Origin: Podarcis cretensis
Lineage: Eukaryota
DNA: 64,000 bases
Assembly (NCBI GenBank): GCA_951804945.1
Contig: OX638150.1
Location: 69,378,001-69,442,000 of the forward strand
Reading direction: 5' to 3'
The notes under the pieces were generated by a model. It worked only from the letters and a program-made list of their open reading frames with translations, ran no database searches and was not told the DNA's origin. Numbering within the stretch: the stretch's first letter is position 1; every line of letters starts with the position of its first letter. Position numbers and translations under genes: made by a program. Positions 49,101-59,000 of the stretch are shown here, in pieces.

Positions 49101-51530
49101 ATGTGAAAGATGCTAAGCTCTTATGAAGCTCCATCCCCTAGCTGTAGTTGTGGGAGGGGGGCAGGTATTTATCAGTCTGCTTCTATAGTTTGTCTAGTTC
49201 CTAATTCTACTGGCAGTTGCTGACATCATGGGCGTGATCATCATGCTCCTAGGAGCCTCATTCCTTACCACTGAGGAAATCCATACACCCCCAACCCAAG
49301 CCTTCTCTCTCTCTCCAGGAGATTCCCTTCTATCACCTTTGGAGTGGTCTGCAGCCTTACCTGCACTGCACCTTCACGTTGGAGCGACTTAGCACCAGCA
49401 CTTGCCAGTTGGCTTGCAAAATCTGGATCTGGCAGGTAGAGGGTGATGGGCAGAGCTTCAATATTGACTTCAACATTGCCAAGGTGAGGGCAAGGACATG
49501 GCCATGGGAGGGCTGGCCAAATGACTTCTGCGGTACCCTTCTGGGTGGGAACCTATCTAGCTTTTGAACGGGTTTTAAATACGTTATGCGCACTTGCGGT
49601 TATTGTGTCGAGGACTGTCTCATAGAATTCCCATGGAACAGAGTCAAAAGTGGAAATGCAAGGCAGGGCGGGGTCAATAGGTCTTTCCATCCTAACATGA
49701 GCATAGAAAACTATTGCAGGCTGGAATTGTGTGCATGTTCAGAAAAAGCATAGAATGGGCCAGTTCGGACATGGCTTTGCAACAAACGATAGTTTATGAA
49801 GCCAGGTGGAGTGTTGGCTCTGCATGTCCCCATCCCTCTCGCCCTTCCTTCCCTTGCACACAAGCTTTGGCATGGGGATTCTGGAACTGCATTTGAAATT
49901 GGGGTTTACAGTTGTCATTTTTATTCTTATTGCACCCTGTCCTGGGACTTTTTTTGAAGGGCAGGTAACAGGTATTCATAATAAATAAATACTAACTAGA
50001 ATATTAACCAGGGTCAGAGCTTGCTTTAATTATCCTGGTTAACAAACCAACACTGGTCCACCTCCCCATTTGAGACGTTATTAGGAACTCTTCAGTTCCA
50101 AGATCTGTGCATCAACACCAACATGCAATGGGAGGAGGAGAGTGGAAAGGAAGAAGCATGTGGGCCCATTGCTCTGCCATGGCTTATGAGACTACATGTG
50201 AAGCGTGAGGTGTGAAATTTAACATCTTAAGAACTTCTTTCATAAAAGCAGGTTTTTTTAGTTACTTTAGGGCTGTGAAAGTGTGGCCAGTGATTACTGG
50301 AATCTCAGAAGCCAGAGGTGTGGCTAACTATCAATTATGCTCGATTTCCATAATCTGTAGAAGTCACCGGATCCCATTTTTTCTCGGTGCAAAATACAGC
50401 CGGCCCTGCGCATCGCTGCTCTTTATGTCAACAAAAGCCTCCTTTCCCCTGCAGCAGTGAGCCTACCCTTTAACTTTTCGTTCCCCTTCACTCCTCCTTT
50501 CCCAGTCAAGCGGGAGATATTCTTTGTGATCTTTAGGTATCCTCCTTCGCTAAACCTGTCAAGTAGACAGAATTACCCTTCTGGGGAATATCTGGGAGAA
50601 AATCATATTGTGTCAGGGAGGCCTCTCCACCTTACTTAAAGCAGCATCAAACTGAGAAAGAATATAAAGCAGAAACAGCCTTGTCTTCACAGGCACTCTC
50701 TCCTCCATTGCCTCTTCTCACCATGAAGACTTTGTTCGCCTTATAGGTCCTAATAGCTGCTCTCCTTTTCCCAGGATGCACGGTTCTCAGACTGGCTGCC
50801 CCCAGACAATGAGGCTGGCTCCCCTGCCCTCGTGGGCCCCAGTGCCTTCAAGATCCCCTTCCTCATCCGCCAGAAGATCATAAGCAGCCTGGATGCACCA
50901 GGGGCCCGTGGGGCTGACTGGAGAGCATTAGCCCAGAAACTGCACCTCGACAGGTAAAACACCATACCAGGAGAAACAAGCTGCAGCTGACACAGACCCT
51001 ACCAGGTGGATGAATCTTGCTTTAGCAGGAACAGATGCAGTCACATTGTTTTTTCCTGTGACATAGTGGGGGCAAGGAAGGAGAGGAAAACTGGGGGCTC
51101 ATCTGGACTTCTTTTTGTGCTGTGAAAACCCGCTCTTTACTGCTGAATTGGAGCAAACAGCAATCTGCAGAAATCCAAAATTGCCATTTGTTCCAATTCA
51201 GCATTAAAGAACGGGGTTTTTGCTAGGGCAAAACAAAAACGCTCAAACAGAGTTTTATAGAGCAGGCCTGTGCCTAGAAAGCATGGGGCAAAAGGTATGT
51301 GTGAATAAGTGCTGCCTTGGGGGCTCTTTCTCCTGGGTAATAATGGCCTCTCCTCTTTCCACAGCCATCTAAGCTTCTTTGCTTCGAAACCCAGCCCAAC
51401 GGCAATGATGTTGAACTTATGGGAAGCCCGTCACTTCCCCAACGGGAACCTCAACCAGCTGGCGGCTGCTGTGGCAGAGGTGGGCAAGCAGGACAGCTCC
51501 CTCTTCATGGTGTCGGAGGCTGAGTGCTAA
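35569..51530 (+). CDS. UNC5A: Netrin receptor UNC5A, spliced CDS exons 2-16 (5'-partial; canonical signal-peptide exon 1 is upstream of the window)
   Basis: 15 exons with matching phases sum to 2624 nt. Translation runs GAQQSATV...[20 protein letters not shown]...SEAEC*, recognisable as UNC5A. Lies next to HK3, as in mammals. Confidence 0.97.
36236..36379 (+). CDS. UNC5A: UNC5A exon 3 (Ig-like 1, C-part)
   Basis: ggcag|GC CTG ... GCT T|gtgagt; 144 nt; [32 protein letters not shown]...YVRIA. Confidence 0.96.
36640..36743 (+). CDS. UNC5A: UNC5A exon 4 (Ig-like 2)
   Basis: tctag|AT CTG CGA AAG ... GCT GAA|gtgagt; 104 nt; [34 protein letters not shown]. Confidence 0.96.
37192..37372 (+). CDS. 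UNC5A: UNC5A exon 5 (Ig-like 2)
   Basis: ccaag|GTT GAG TGG ... TAT G|gtaggg; 181 nt; [12 protein letters not shown]...[16 protein letters not shown]. Confidence 0.96.
38275..38442 (+). CDS. UNC5A: UNC5A exon 6 (TSP type-1 repeat 1)
   Basis: cccag|TG AAT GGC GGC TGG ... CCA G|gtactg; 168 nt; [10 protein letters not shown]...[14 protein letters not shown]. Confidence 0.95.
39195..39359 (+). CDS. UNC5A: UNC5A exon 7 (TSP type-1 repeat 2)
   Basis: ggcag|TG CCT GGC ... CAT G|gtgagt; 165 nt; [31 protein letters not shown]. Confidence 0.96.
40116..40154. repeat. (CA)n microsatellite
   Basis: Directly visible. Confidence 0.95.
41439..41627 (+). CDS. UNC5A: UNC5A exon 8 (transmembrane helix and DSDVADS caspase-site region)
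   Basis: tttag|GA ACG ... GCA G|gtgagc; 189 nt; [42 protein letters not shown]. Confidence 0.96.
42236..42382 (+). mobile_element. tRNA(Ile)-derived SINE with CR1-like tail
   Basis: GCTCAGCTGGTTAGAGCATGGTGTTAATAACACCAAG head; CATTGCAGGGGGTTCGACTA...CCAACTCTATGATTC tail. Confidence 0.7.
44213..44512 (+). CDS. UNC5A: UNC5A exon 9 (juxtamembrane linker, start of ZU5)
   Basis: tgcag|AT AAC TCC ... ACA G|gtgaga; 300 nt; [12 protein letters not shown]...[17 protein letters not shown]. Confidence 0.96.
45078..45165 (+). CDS. UNC5A: UNC5A exon 10 (ZU5)
   Basis: tttag|GT GTC AGC ... GTG AG|gtatcc; 88 nt; [28 protein letters not shown]; absent from the ORF track. Confidence 0.95.
46795..46963 (+). 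CDS. UNC5A: UNC5A exon 11 (ZU5)
   Basis: ttttgag|G CTG CCC ... TGG GAG|gtgagt; 169 nt; [20 protein letters not shown]...CEGTWE. Confidence 0.94.
47510..47657 (+). mobile_element. tRNA(Lys)-derived SINE with CR1-like tail
   Basis: TAGCTCAGTCAGTAGAGCAT...GGTTTGAACCCCAC head; GGGGTTGGACTAGATGACCC...ATTCTATGATTC tail. Confidence 0.75.
48190..48423 (+). CDS. UNC5A: UNC5A exon 12 (ZU5/UPA)
   Basis: ctcag|GAT GTG ... CTC AAG|gtatta; 234 nt; DVLHLGE...[14 protein letters not shown]...[13 protein letters not shown]. Confidence 0.96.
48796..48945 (+). CDS. UNC5A: UNC5A exon 13 (UPA), GC donor
   Basis: tccag|GAA GTG ... TAT CAG|gcaagt; 150 nt; [11 protein letters not shown]...[10 protein letters not shown]. 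Confidence 0.93.
49319..49483 (+). CDS. UNC5A: UNC5A exon 14 (UPA)
   Basis: tccag|GAG ATT CCC ... GCC AAG|gtgagg; 165 nt; [10 protein letters not shown]...[23 protein letters not shown]. Confidence 0.96.
50775..50953 (+). CDS. UNC5A: UNC5A exon 15 (death domain start)
   Basis: cccag|GAT GCA ... GAC AG|gtaaaa; 179 nt; [20 protein letters not shown]...[14 protein letters not shown]. Confidence 0.96.
51365..51530 (+). CDS. UNC5A: UNC5A exon 16 coding part (death domain end, C-terminal EAEC, stop)
   Basis: cacag|C CAT CTA ... GAG TGC TAA; [29 protein letters not shown]...SEAEC*. Confidence 0.96.
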
Positions 51531-52455
51531 GGCACTTGGTAGGAGCAGCACAGGCCTTTGCTGGGGGATGGCAGAGGGCATCTCCGCTTGAAGGAGGCAG
51601 TGTTCCCACACTTGTCCTGCTTTGAATACGCCTGCGTGCTCCGTCGGAGGCATCCTAGCCTCACGCCCTCTGTTCCTTGTGCCAAATACAACTAGAAGGC
51701 AAGCACACCGGGCTCAGTCTCTAGTAGCCATGGGGTGGTGGGGGAAACTACTGAATGCCTGCCCTGCCACTGCCATGGAAGCTCTGGGACTGGCCGAGGG
51801 AGGCTTGCCCCATATTTTGCAGTAGGCTGGCAATGGATTCTGATGTACTTCTGTTGGGCTTAGTCATATACCCAGGGCCCTCTTCTTCCCCAGCATGGGA
51901 AGAAAGGGGAAGGGAGATGGCTGGCTTGGTGCTTGTGGGGAGTGACCCAGGACAAAAAGGTAAGCTTGGTCCTGGAGCTGAGAAGCCCGTGCCTCTCCCA
52001 CTGCAGCCCCCAGAGCGTCCCATGCTGTGATGAAGCAGAGCCGGGAGGGGGGATCCGACAGGTTGTTTCCAGAGCCATCTCTGTATATTTTTGCTCCAGC
52101 CCAAGAGATACCCGTGACTTGGTCATAGTGGGCTGCCCTGGGGTTGGTGCTGACACTGGGGACCCCGAGGGGACAAGGAGAGGAGATGGTCAAGGGCAGC
52201 CCAGGGAGGTGGGCCATGCTGTGCTGGATGACAGGATCTGTGCCTCCTTAGTCCTTGCCCAGTGTATATGCAAAGGGAATTGTGCGTGTGCGTGGCAGTC
52301 CAATCCGTGCAGTGAACGTGTGCTGGGCCAGGCGGGCCCATGCCGTATTGTGTAAAGATCGTTTTTTATTCTGTATTCAAGTGCATTCAAGTATTTACAC
52401 TTGGCCTTATGTACATATAAGCGTCCCGCACAGGGTTTTAGCGGGCATGAATGTA

Positions 52456-52461
52456 AATAAA
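52456..52461 (+). terminator. UNC5A polyadenylation signal (AATAAA)
   Basis: AATAAA ~925 nt after the stop codon, with upstream TGTA motifs and a downstream GT/T-rich tract (cttgtgtctgt, ~52491). Confidence 0.75.
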
Positions 52462-52723
52462 TTATATATATATATTGCTACATGGGACTTCTTGTGTCTG
52501 TACTCAACACTAGGCCAATGGAAGCATTGCCAGATCAGGAAAAAAGCAGAGAGAGTTCAAAGTCTGAGCAGAGCTTCCTTGACAGCTTAGTAGGTGTAGA
52601 AATGTCCCAGGTTATTAAGAAGGCACCTCCATTTTAGCACTCTCAGTCTGTGTTATCTTTGGGCTTGGATTGTTGGGGGAAAATATATATAACTTGGAAA
52701 ACCAAGTGGCAGCAGGAATTTGT

Positions 52724-52729
52724 TTTATT
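52724..52729 (-). terminator. Candidate HK3 polyadenylation signal (AATAAA on - strand)
   Basis: tttatt on + strand ~205 nt after the HK3 stop; a second candidate lies at 52908-52913. Confidence 0.55.
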
Positions 52730-52934
52730 GTTTTCCTCGCTTGAACATGAATCAGAGATGGTAAAGAGAGCTATAAAGATGGAACACCGCTGCTGACACA
52801 ACTTGCCTTTCCTGCAGTTTGGCCACAGAGGAGGGTGAAACACATTGCTGTGGGTCAAGGTCTGGGCATTGTAGAGAATGGTTTGGTGTCCTGGTTACTG
52901 GGACATCTTTATTCAAGTCAAGTGGATGGTTTGG

Positions 52935-53058
52935 TTATTTATGGGCCACAGCAGCAATCAGTGCAGCCCCCTTCCCTGAACCATCCTCTGACAGCAAGAA
53001 CTTGACGTTGCAGTTTGGAGCTATCAGAGCCGTCGTCTTATGAAGCTTTGTTGCAAAG
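52935..53058 (-). CDS. HK3: HK3 last exon coding part ([21 protein letters not shown])
   Basis: ctcag|C TTT GCA ... CAT AAA TAA. Confidence 0.94.
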
Positions 53059-56000
53059 CTGAGAACAGAAAGGGAGCATGTCCGTGAGGAAGAGAAAGCA
53101 ATGTTCAGCCAGTATCACACCCTCCCCTGGTTACATGGTTCTTGGACATACGTTATTGCAGCTTTCCCCTCTTTCCCTTACCCAAAACAGGGGCAGCATT
53201 CAACTTTTCTAGGCAGATGCTGCAGAACCCCATACTCCAAAGAAAACCAGGTACTGCCCATACAGCCTTACTGCAGCTTAGGAAGAACCATCCTTTACCA
53301 TGCACTGTGTCTCCCAATAAGTACTAAGGTCCTCCAGCCTAGCATGGATCAGTAATGGCTGAGTTTCTCCCCGTGCATCAAAACACAGTTGTTGTCATCT
53401 CTGCCCAACCTGGTCTTGCCATCCATTGGGCAACTGAAGTTTCCGTTCCCCTATTGGCACTCTGTTGGGTTGAGGCCTTGCTTGCCCCGCAGTTTAATGA
53501 AGCAAAACTGACTCACTAAGGATGCATCTTGTAGAGTGTCCCATCCACGCCAACTGTTATATCCAGCTTTGACGCACGACGGTTCTCTCGGATCTTCTCC
53601 ACAACTGCAGATATTCCCACTGCACACATCTTAGCGGCACGTGACGACACGGCACGGCACACATCCTTTACCACCAAGGCATCCTCCGTAGATACACTCA
53701 ACCCATATTCTTCCAGAATGTTACACACGTAATGGTGACCAGGAGTGCTGCTTACAGAACATTATAATCAGCGGTGGAACTGCTTGAGGCACCTATTATA
53801 TTCAACAAGAGCTGTTGCCCTCTTAGAAGCTAAGCATTTCTAGTCTCTCAGTTTTGCAGATGGGATTCAATCACAAATGGGCAAATTCAGGCTGCACAAT
53901 TTAACTTGATTTGGCATTCTTGCACAACAAACCAGCTTCAATCCCAAATCAGTTTTGTTTTTGCAATATGGAAAGTGGGAGATTGTCTGGTGCAATGTTG
54001 TATAACTTCCCCACGAATAAAAACGGATTTAACCTCCCCACAAACTTTGTGCAAACAAATCATTATGGATGCTGTATAAACAGGTGGTCTGGAAGCAAGC
54101 ACATTCATCCTGAAAGAACCCATTGTTCCCCAAAGGGTTCATGCGGCAGATCATGAAGGTTTTTACATTCCAAAGGGGGGGGGGGGGAGGGGGATCCAGG
54201 CAATGCCAAATTACTGAGAATTCTGCATCAGCAAGACTAAAGCTTGGTGCTCAGAATGTATTATTGAAATAAATACAATATCTAAAAATTGGCTTGCTTT
54301 CCATAAAATCATTTAAGTTTGCATGCTTGCAATATAATCTGGGACAAGGGGTACTTGCTTGTCAGAAGGTGATCCAAGCCTAGGTAAGGTGAAGTTAAGA
54401 ATGAGGGGTGGACAGATGACCAAGTAGGACTTAGAGACACCTTGAACAGGTCTTTTACAGGTAAAGACCAAAAGAAGCCTCAGGAATTTTGATTTCTGCA
54501 CCAAACCTAAATTCTACATGAAAAGAGAATGTTACGGATACACACTTACTCCTCAACATTTGTTAGGAATTTGGTGGGGAAGATGTTTTTGGTCTTGAGT
54601 ACTTCTGATGGGCGACCCCTGAAGATGACCTTGCGCATTGTTAGCTCCAGCAGAATATAGCGCACAATCTCGCCCAAGTACATGCCACTGATGAGCTTTT
54701 CATACCTTTAGGGGAAATGCAAATGAGTGTCACACAAGGAGACCCTGGAGGCAGCCATCACCCCAGATCACTCCCAGGTACCCGGACTCACCTTTGCTGG
54801 CCAGCATTGATGGATTCTGCATCCACTTTCTCATCAAACTGTGTTATGTAGTGCTCGAGGCAGCCATTGTCTCCAAAGGCCCCCCATTCCATATTGATAC
54901 ACATTCTGCCCTCGTCCCCCTCCACAGTGCCCACATTCCTCATCTCCTCCATGTAACAGGCATTGGTACCCGTACCTGAGAGAAAGGGATGGAAATGAAT
55001 CACTGATGAAAATGGACTGTCATATTTCCCCCTGCTCAGAGCAAGGAAAGTATTGGGATCAAGCCTGGAGGAAGAATCTTCAGCCCACTTGGCGGTCCAT
55101 TCTAAATTTCAAAATTACAGAGAAAGGCTTACCTGTCAGGGAGCAGCCCAGATTCTGGTTATAGATCCCCCAAAGAAGGTAATAGTTTCAAGAAGAAGAG
55201 TGCAGGAGGGCATCCGCTGTTGGAAATATATTCCCTTGGAAAGCACCACATGTATAATCCCCTTGCCCCTAAAAGACAGATCCCGCTCACCTATTCCCAA
55301 CCACCCTGGGAATTTTATCAAAGGGCAGAGCAGTATACATTTCTAGAAAATAATAATTAAAATAATGCTGCCGCAACCATCTTACCGACGATGAGGCCAA
55401 TCTCACAGTTGGGGTCCACATAGGCACATGCCATCATGGTTCCTACAGTGTCATTCACTATGGCAACCACATCTATATCAATGTCCTGGGAAGAGAAAGG
55501 GAGGGAGAGACAGAGAGCAGCAAGATGTGTTACCAGGCAACACGATTCCCTATCACCACAGTAACCAGCAGAGACCCATAGGCCCTGTCGCTTGGGAAAT
55601 AGGCCCCCTCTCCCTGCCCCCCCCCTTCTGAAGGCCCCTGGGGGCATCAACCTGAAGGGAGCTCTCAAGCTCTGTCACTGTCATCGGGCTGGCTTACCGA
55701 ATGGTTGCTGTTACACCTTCCACTTTCTCAATGGGCTACATAGCAAGTGACCCATCATCACAGAGTAGACCTAGGGGTGAGGACTGAGAATATGGAGCAC
55801 CGTAATGCTTTGAACACGCAACACAAACTTCTTGGGCCTGCTTGACATACAAGTTGGTTCGCCTCAGAGTCGTGAGGGGCTCCTTACGCCATATCCAAAC
55901 TGAGTGAACTCTGCCAGACACATGCCCCATTTCCCAGGTCTGACAAAGAATAGAGGCGAGGCCCTTTTCTACCTGAAGCATGCTCTCACTCGCTCACCGA

Positions 56001-59000
56001 TAAACATGGGAGAGCTGTTGTTAGACTAGAGGCACGCATCACACGTATGCAAGGGAAATAGACATGCGATGGCTGCTTTTCCTTGGGACTGGGGAAAGCA
56101 AATGTCTGGAGGCATGCTTGACCATTTGCCTGCGGCTTCTCTGCTTCAAATCGTTGCCTGCAAAGTCATTCCTTCCCAGGGTTCCACATAAGGCAAACCC
56201 AGATTTGGTGAGGGAGGCATTTGGAGCAGAGAATTAAGAAGCAAGAATGCGATTAAGCACTCATTCCTCCTCTCCAAAATTACACCCTTTTGAAGATGGA
56301 TTTCCCTAAGAAAAACAGGTGCCAGGCCTGCCTTGCTTGGATATGCATCGTTAGTACCTACAGTATATGTATAGTATATGCATGGTTGGTACCTAGAGCT
56401 AAGGTGAATAAAAAAAAGAGGTTCTATCATTATAAGCTTCAAAATTCTATAGCTTAATAAAAATGGTATCTGTTTGACTAATAACTTCAAAGCTGGCCTA
56501 CCTGATTTGCCTGATGAGGTATACAAAAGTGCCAGCTTCCACATCAATCTGATAAAAATTGCCAGCATACAGCAAGTTTAAAGCATTGGAAACTGACACT
56601 TTGGCCCGCTTTCCCCCAGTTAAGAAAGCATATAATATATATTCTTCCTAATTTTCACAAAAACTACTGAGAGTGGTTATTCTCTTCCAGTATTTAATAC
56701 CACAATGACCCTATAAAGTAGGTCATGGGGGGGAGGAGTGGATTAGCAATGCATACCAGTGAGATGCATGCCTTGTGTTTAACCAAACTACTAGAAGAGA
56801 CTACACCCCATAACCACACATATACCCTGTGCTGAAAACCTCTGCCCCCACCCCATGCTGCAAGCCGCCAAATGCCCAAATGAACCACACCCAAGGCCCC
56901 TTGTACACATTCTGCCCTAAGCTTGCCACACACTCCACCCAACACAAAAACCCAAGACACACCTCACCCCTTGCACTGAACCCCCCTCAACCCCCCCTCC
57001 TGGTCACATACACACCACCTCACACTGAAACCCACCCTATACCGAACCCGCTCCCACACACCCTGCCCCACAGTGAACCCGCCCAGGAGGATTACGAAGA
57101 AGAAGACGGCAGTGGTTCTCTTCCATTACTTAACCTCACAGTAACCCAGGGAGATAGATTATGTCTCGAGATAGCAACAGTGGCCATGTGTTTAAGAAGG
57201 CTCCTGTCCAAAACGGAGATGTGGGGTGGCGGTTGGGCTATTGGACTGGGTGAAAACAAAGAATGCATTTCACAGGGATATATCATCACAGCCACTATCT
57301 CTGGGACAGAAAGGGTATACTTGTCTATATGCAGGTGGAAGTGGTCAGAGTGCTGGCAGAGGGAAAATGAATGCATCGAGAGTTAATTAAGCTGGAACTG
57401 ATTAGAGGGTGTCCCTTGTTTTGTGACTGGACAAGTCCGGCTCTGGCAGCCATTTTGTGCTGTTGTCTATGAGCTTTTCAGATGTCCAGATGTTCCCATG
57501 GGTCCAGAACGGCTAGTTTTTGCCAAGGTCTAGGGGCCAGGAGACAGATGTTAGAGATCTGGGGATGTTTTTGTGAGTGTGAATTAGCCAGTAAATTGCC
57601 TAAATGTCATTGTGATTAGGTCATAGGTTATTTTTCCCTGTGGGCTCATCCCTTCAGATCAGTGGAACAGAACTAGAGCTGGCGTTTTTAGGAGTGACAG
57701 TACTACTGGCAGTTCAAGATAGCAACGACCCCCCCCCCCACTGTGCAATGAAGTATTATGGCATACAACTTAGGCCCAAGCTATCTGAAAGACTATATTC
57801 CCTCAGATGAACCTGCCCAGGTTATGAGAGCTTTGGGGGAGGCCCTTTTCTTGGTCCCACCACCCTCACAGGCATGCGTGATGGGGATGCAGGAGAAGGC
57901 CTTCTTGGTGGCTGCTCCCAGACTTTGGAGCTCCCTCACTAGAGAAGTTAGACTAGCTCTCTCCTTGCTGTCCTACTAGCAAGTGAAGATCCTATTCCAA
58001 CAGGCTTTAAGGAACTGACTGCTTTTAATTAATTGGGGTTTGGGGGTTTTTTTTAATGATGGAGGCAGTTATTTTCTATGTTTTAAGCTGTTCTTATTTT
58101 ATCTGTAAGCCGCCTAGAGTCCCTGATAGTAGATTTAATAAACCAAGAGGAACAGGGATCAAGGGGGCACATGATCAAGCATATTGCTGCACACATCTTA
58201 TTCATATTATCAGTTGTATTAAATAAAAGACAGCATTGGACACTTGAGTTGGAAGGACTGCAACTGCTGAACCAAAGTCTCTCTGAAGTAGTTTTGAAAA
58301 TAATCCACCTGTTTCATAGATTTTAAAGAGGCAACACTAAAAGCTGCATTTTGGCAGTGTGGAGGAGGTGAATGCACTGATTCTGAGTAGGAATGAATTG
58401 TTTTCATTCATTTCATGTTATTTCAGTGAATTTGTAGGGCAGTGCCTCTTTCACACAAAAAAATAAAAGAGCCTCCAACAGGGACTTATATAGAACATCA
58501 TTAGACAATTGAGCTTACAAATCTTAGCCCACACATCTTTTCTATTACAAACTGGTGTTGGGAGGGTGCAATCTGAAGCAAAGTGGCGTGTTGGAAGATG
58601 GTGCTTAACCCTTTCCAGGCACTGGTCCAGGCATAAAAGCTCTGTGTCTGAGCATTGTTGTTGTTTGCCCTGGAGATTTCCCAACGAAAACCCGCTCTAT
58701 AGCACTCAATCAGAGCAAATGTCAGTTTGGGTTTCCTGTAGATTGCTGTGTGCTCTTATTGAACTCTAAAAGATGGGTTTTCATGGGGAAGGCACTGGAG
58801 AAAAAAAAGAAGAAGGGGGGGGGAGGATGCTTGAACACAGAGCATTAAAGTGTGGGCCATGCCTAGAAAGAGCAGAGTAACGGTAAGTGTGGATATGCCC
58901 TTATTGTAGTGACAATTTTCTTGTAAATTGCTTAGAGATTTTACTACTTTGAACTGGTATATAATTTTTGATAAATGATTTTTAAATAGAATTTTAAAAA

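Noticed and set aside
56829-57386. 185-aa Pro/His/Thr-rich ORF with EEEDGSG in an HK3 intron
   Set aside because: Derived from a C/A-rich low-complexity tract, antisense to HK3; resemblance to SEDGSG is incidental.
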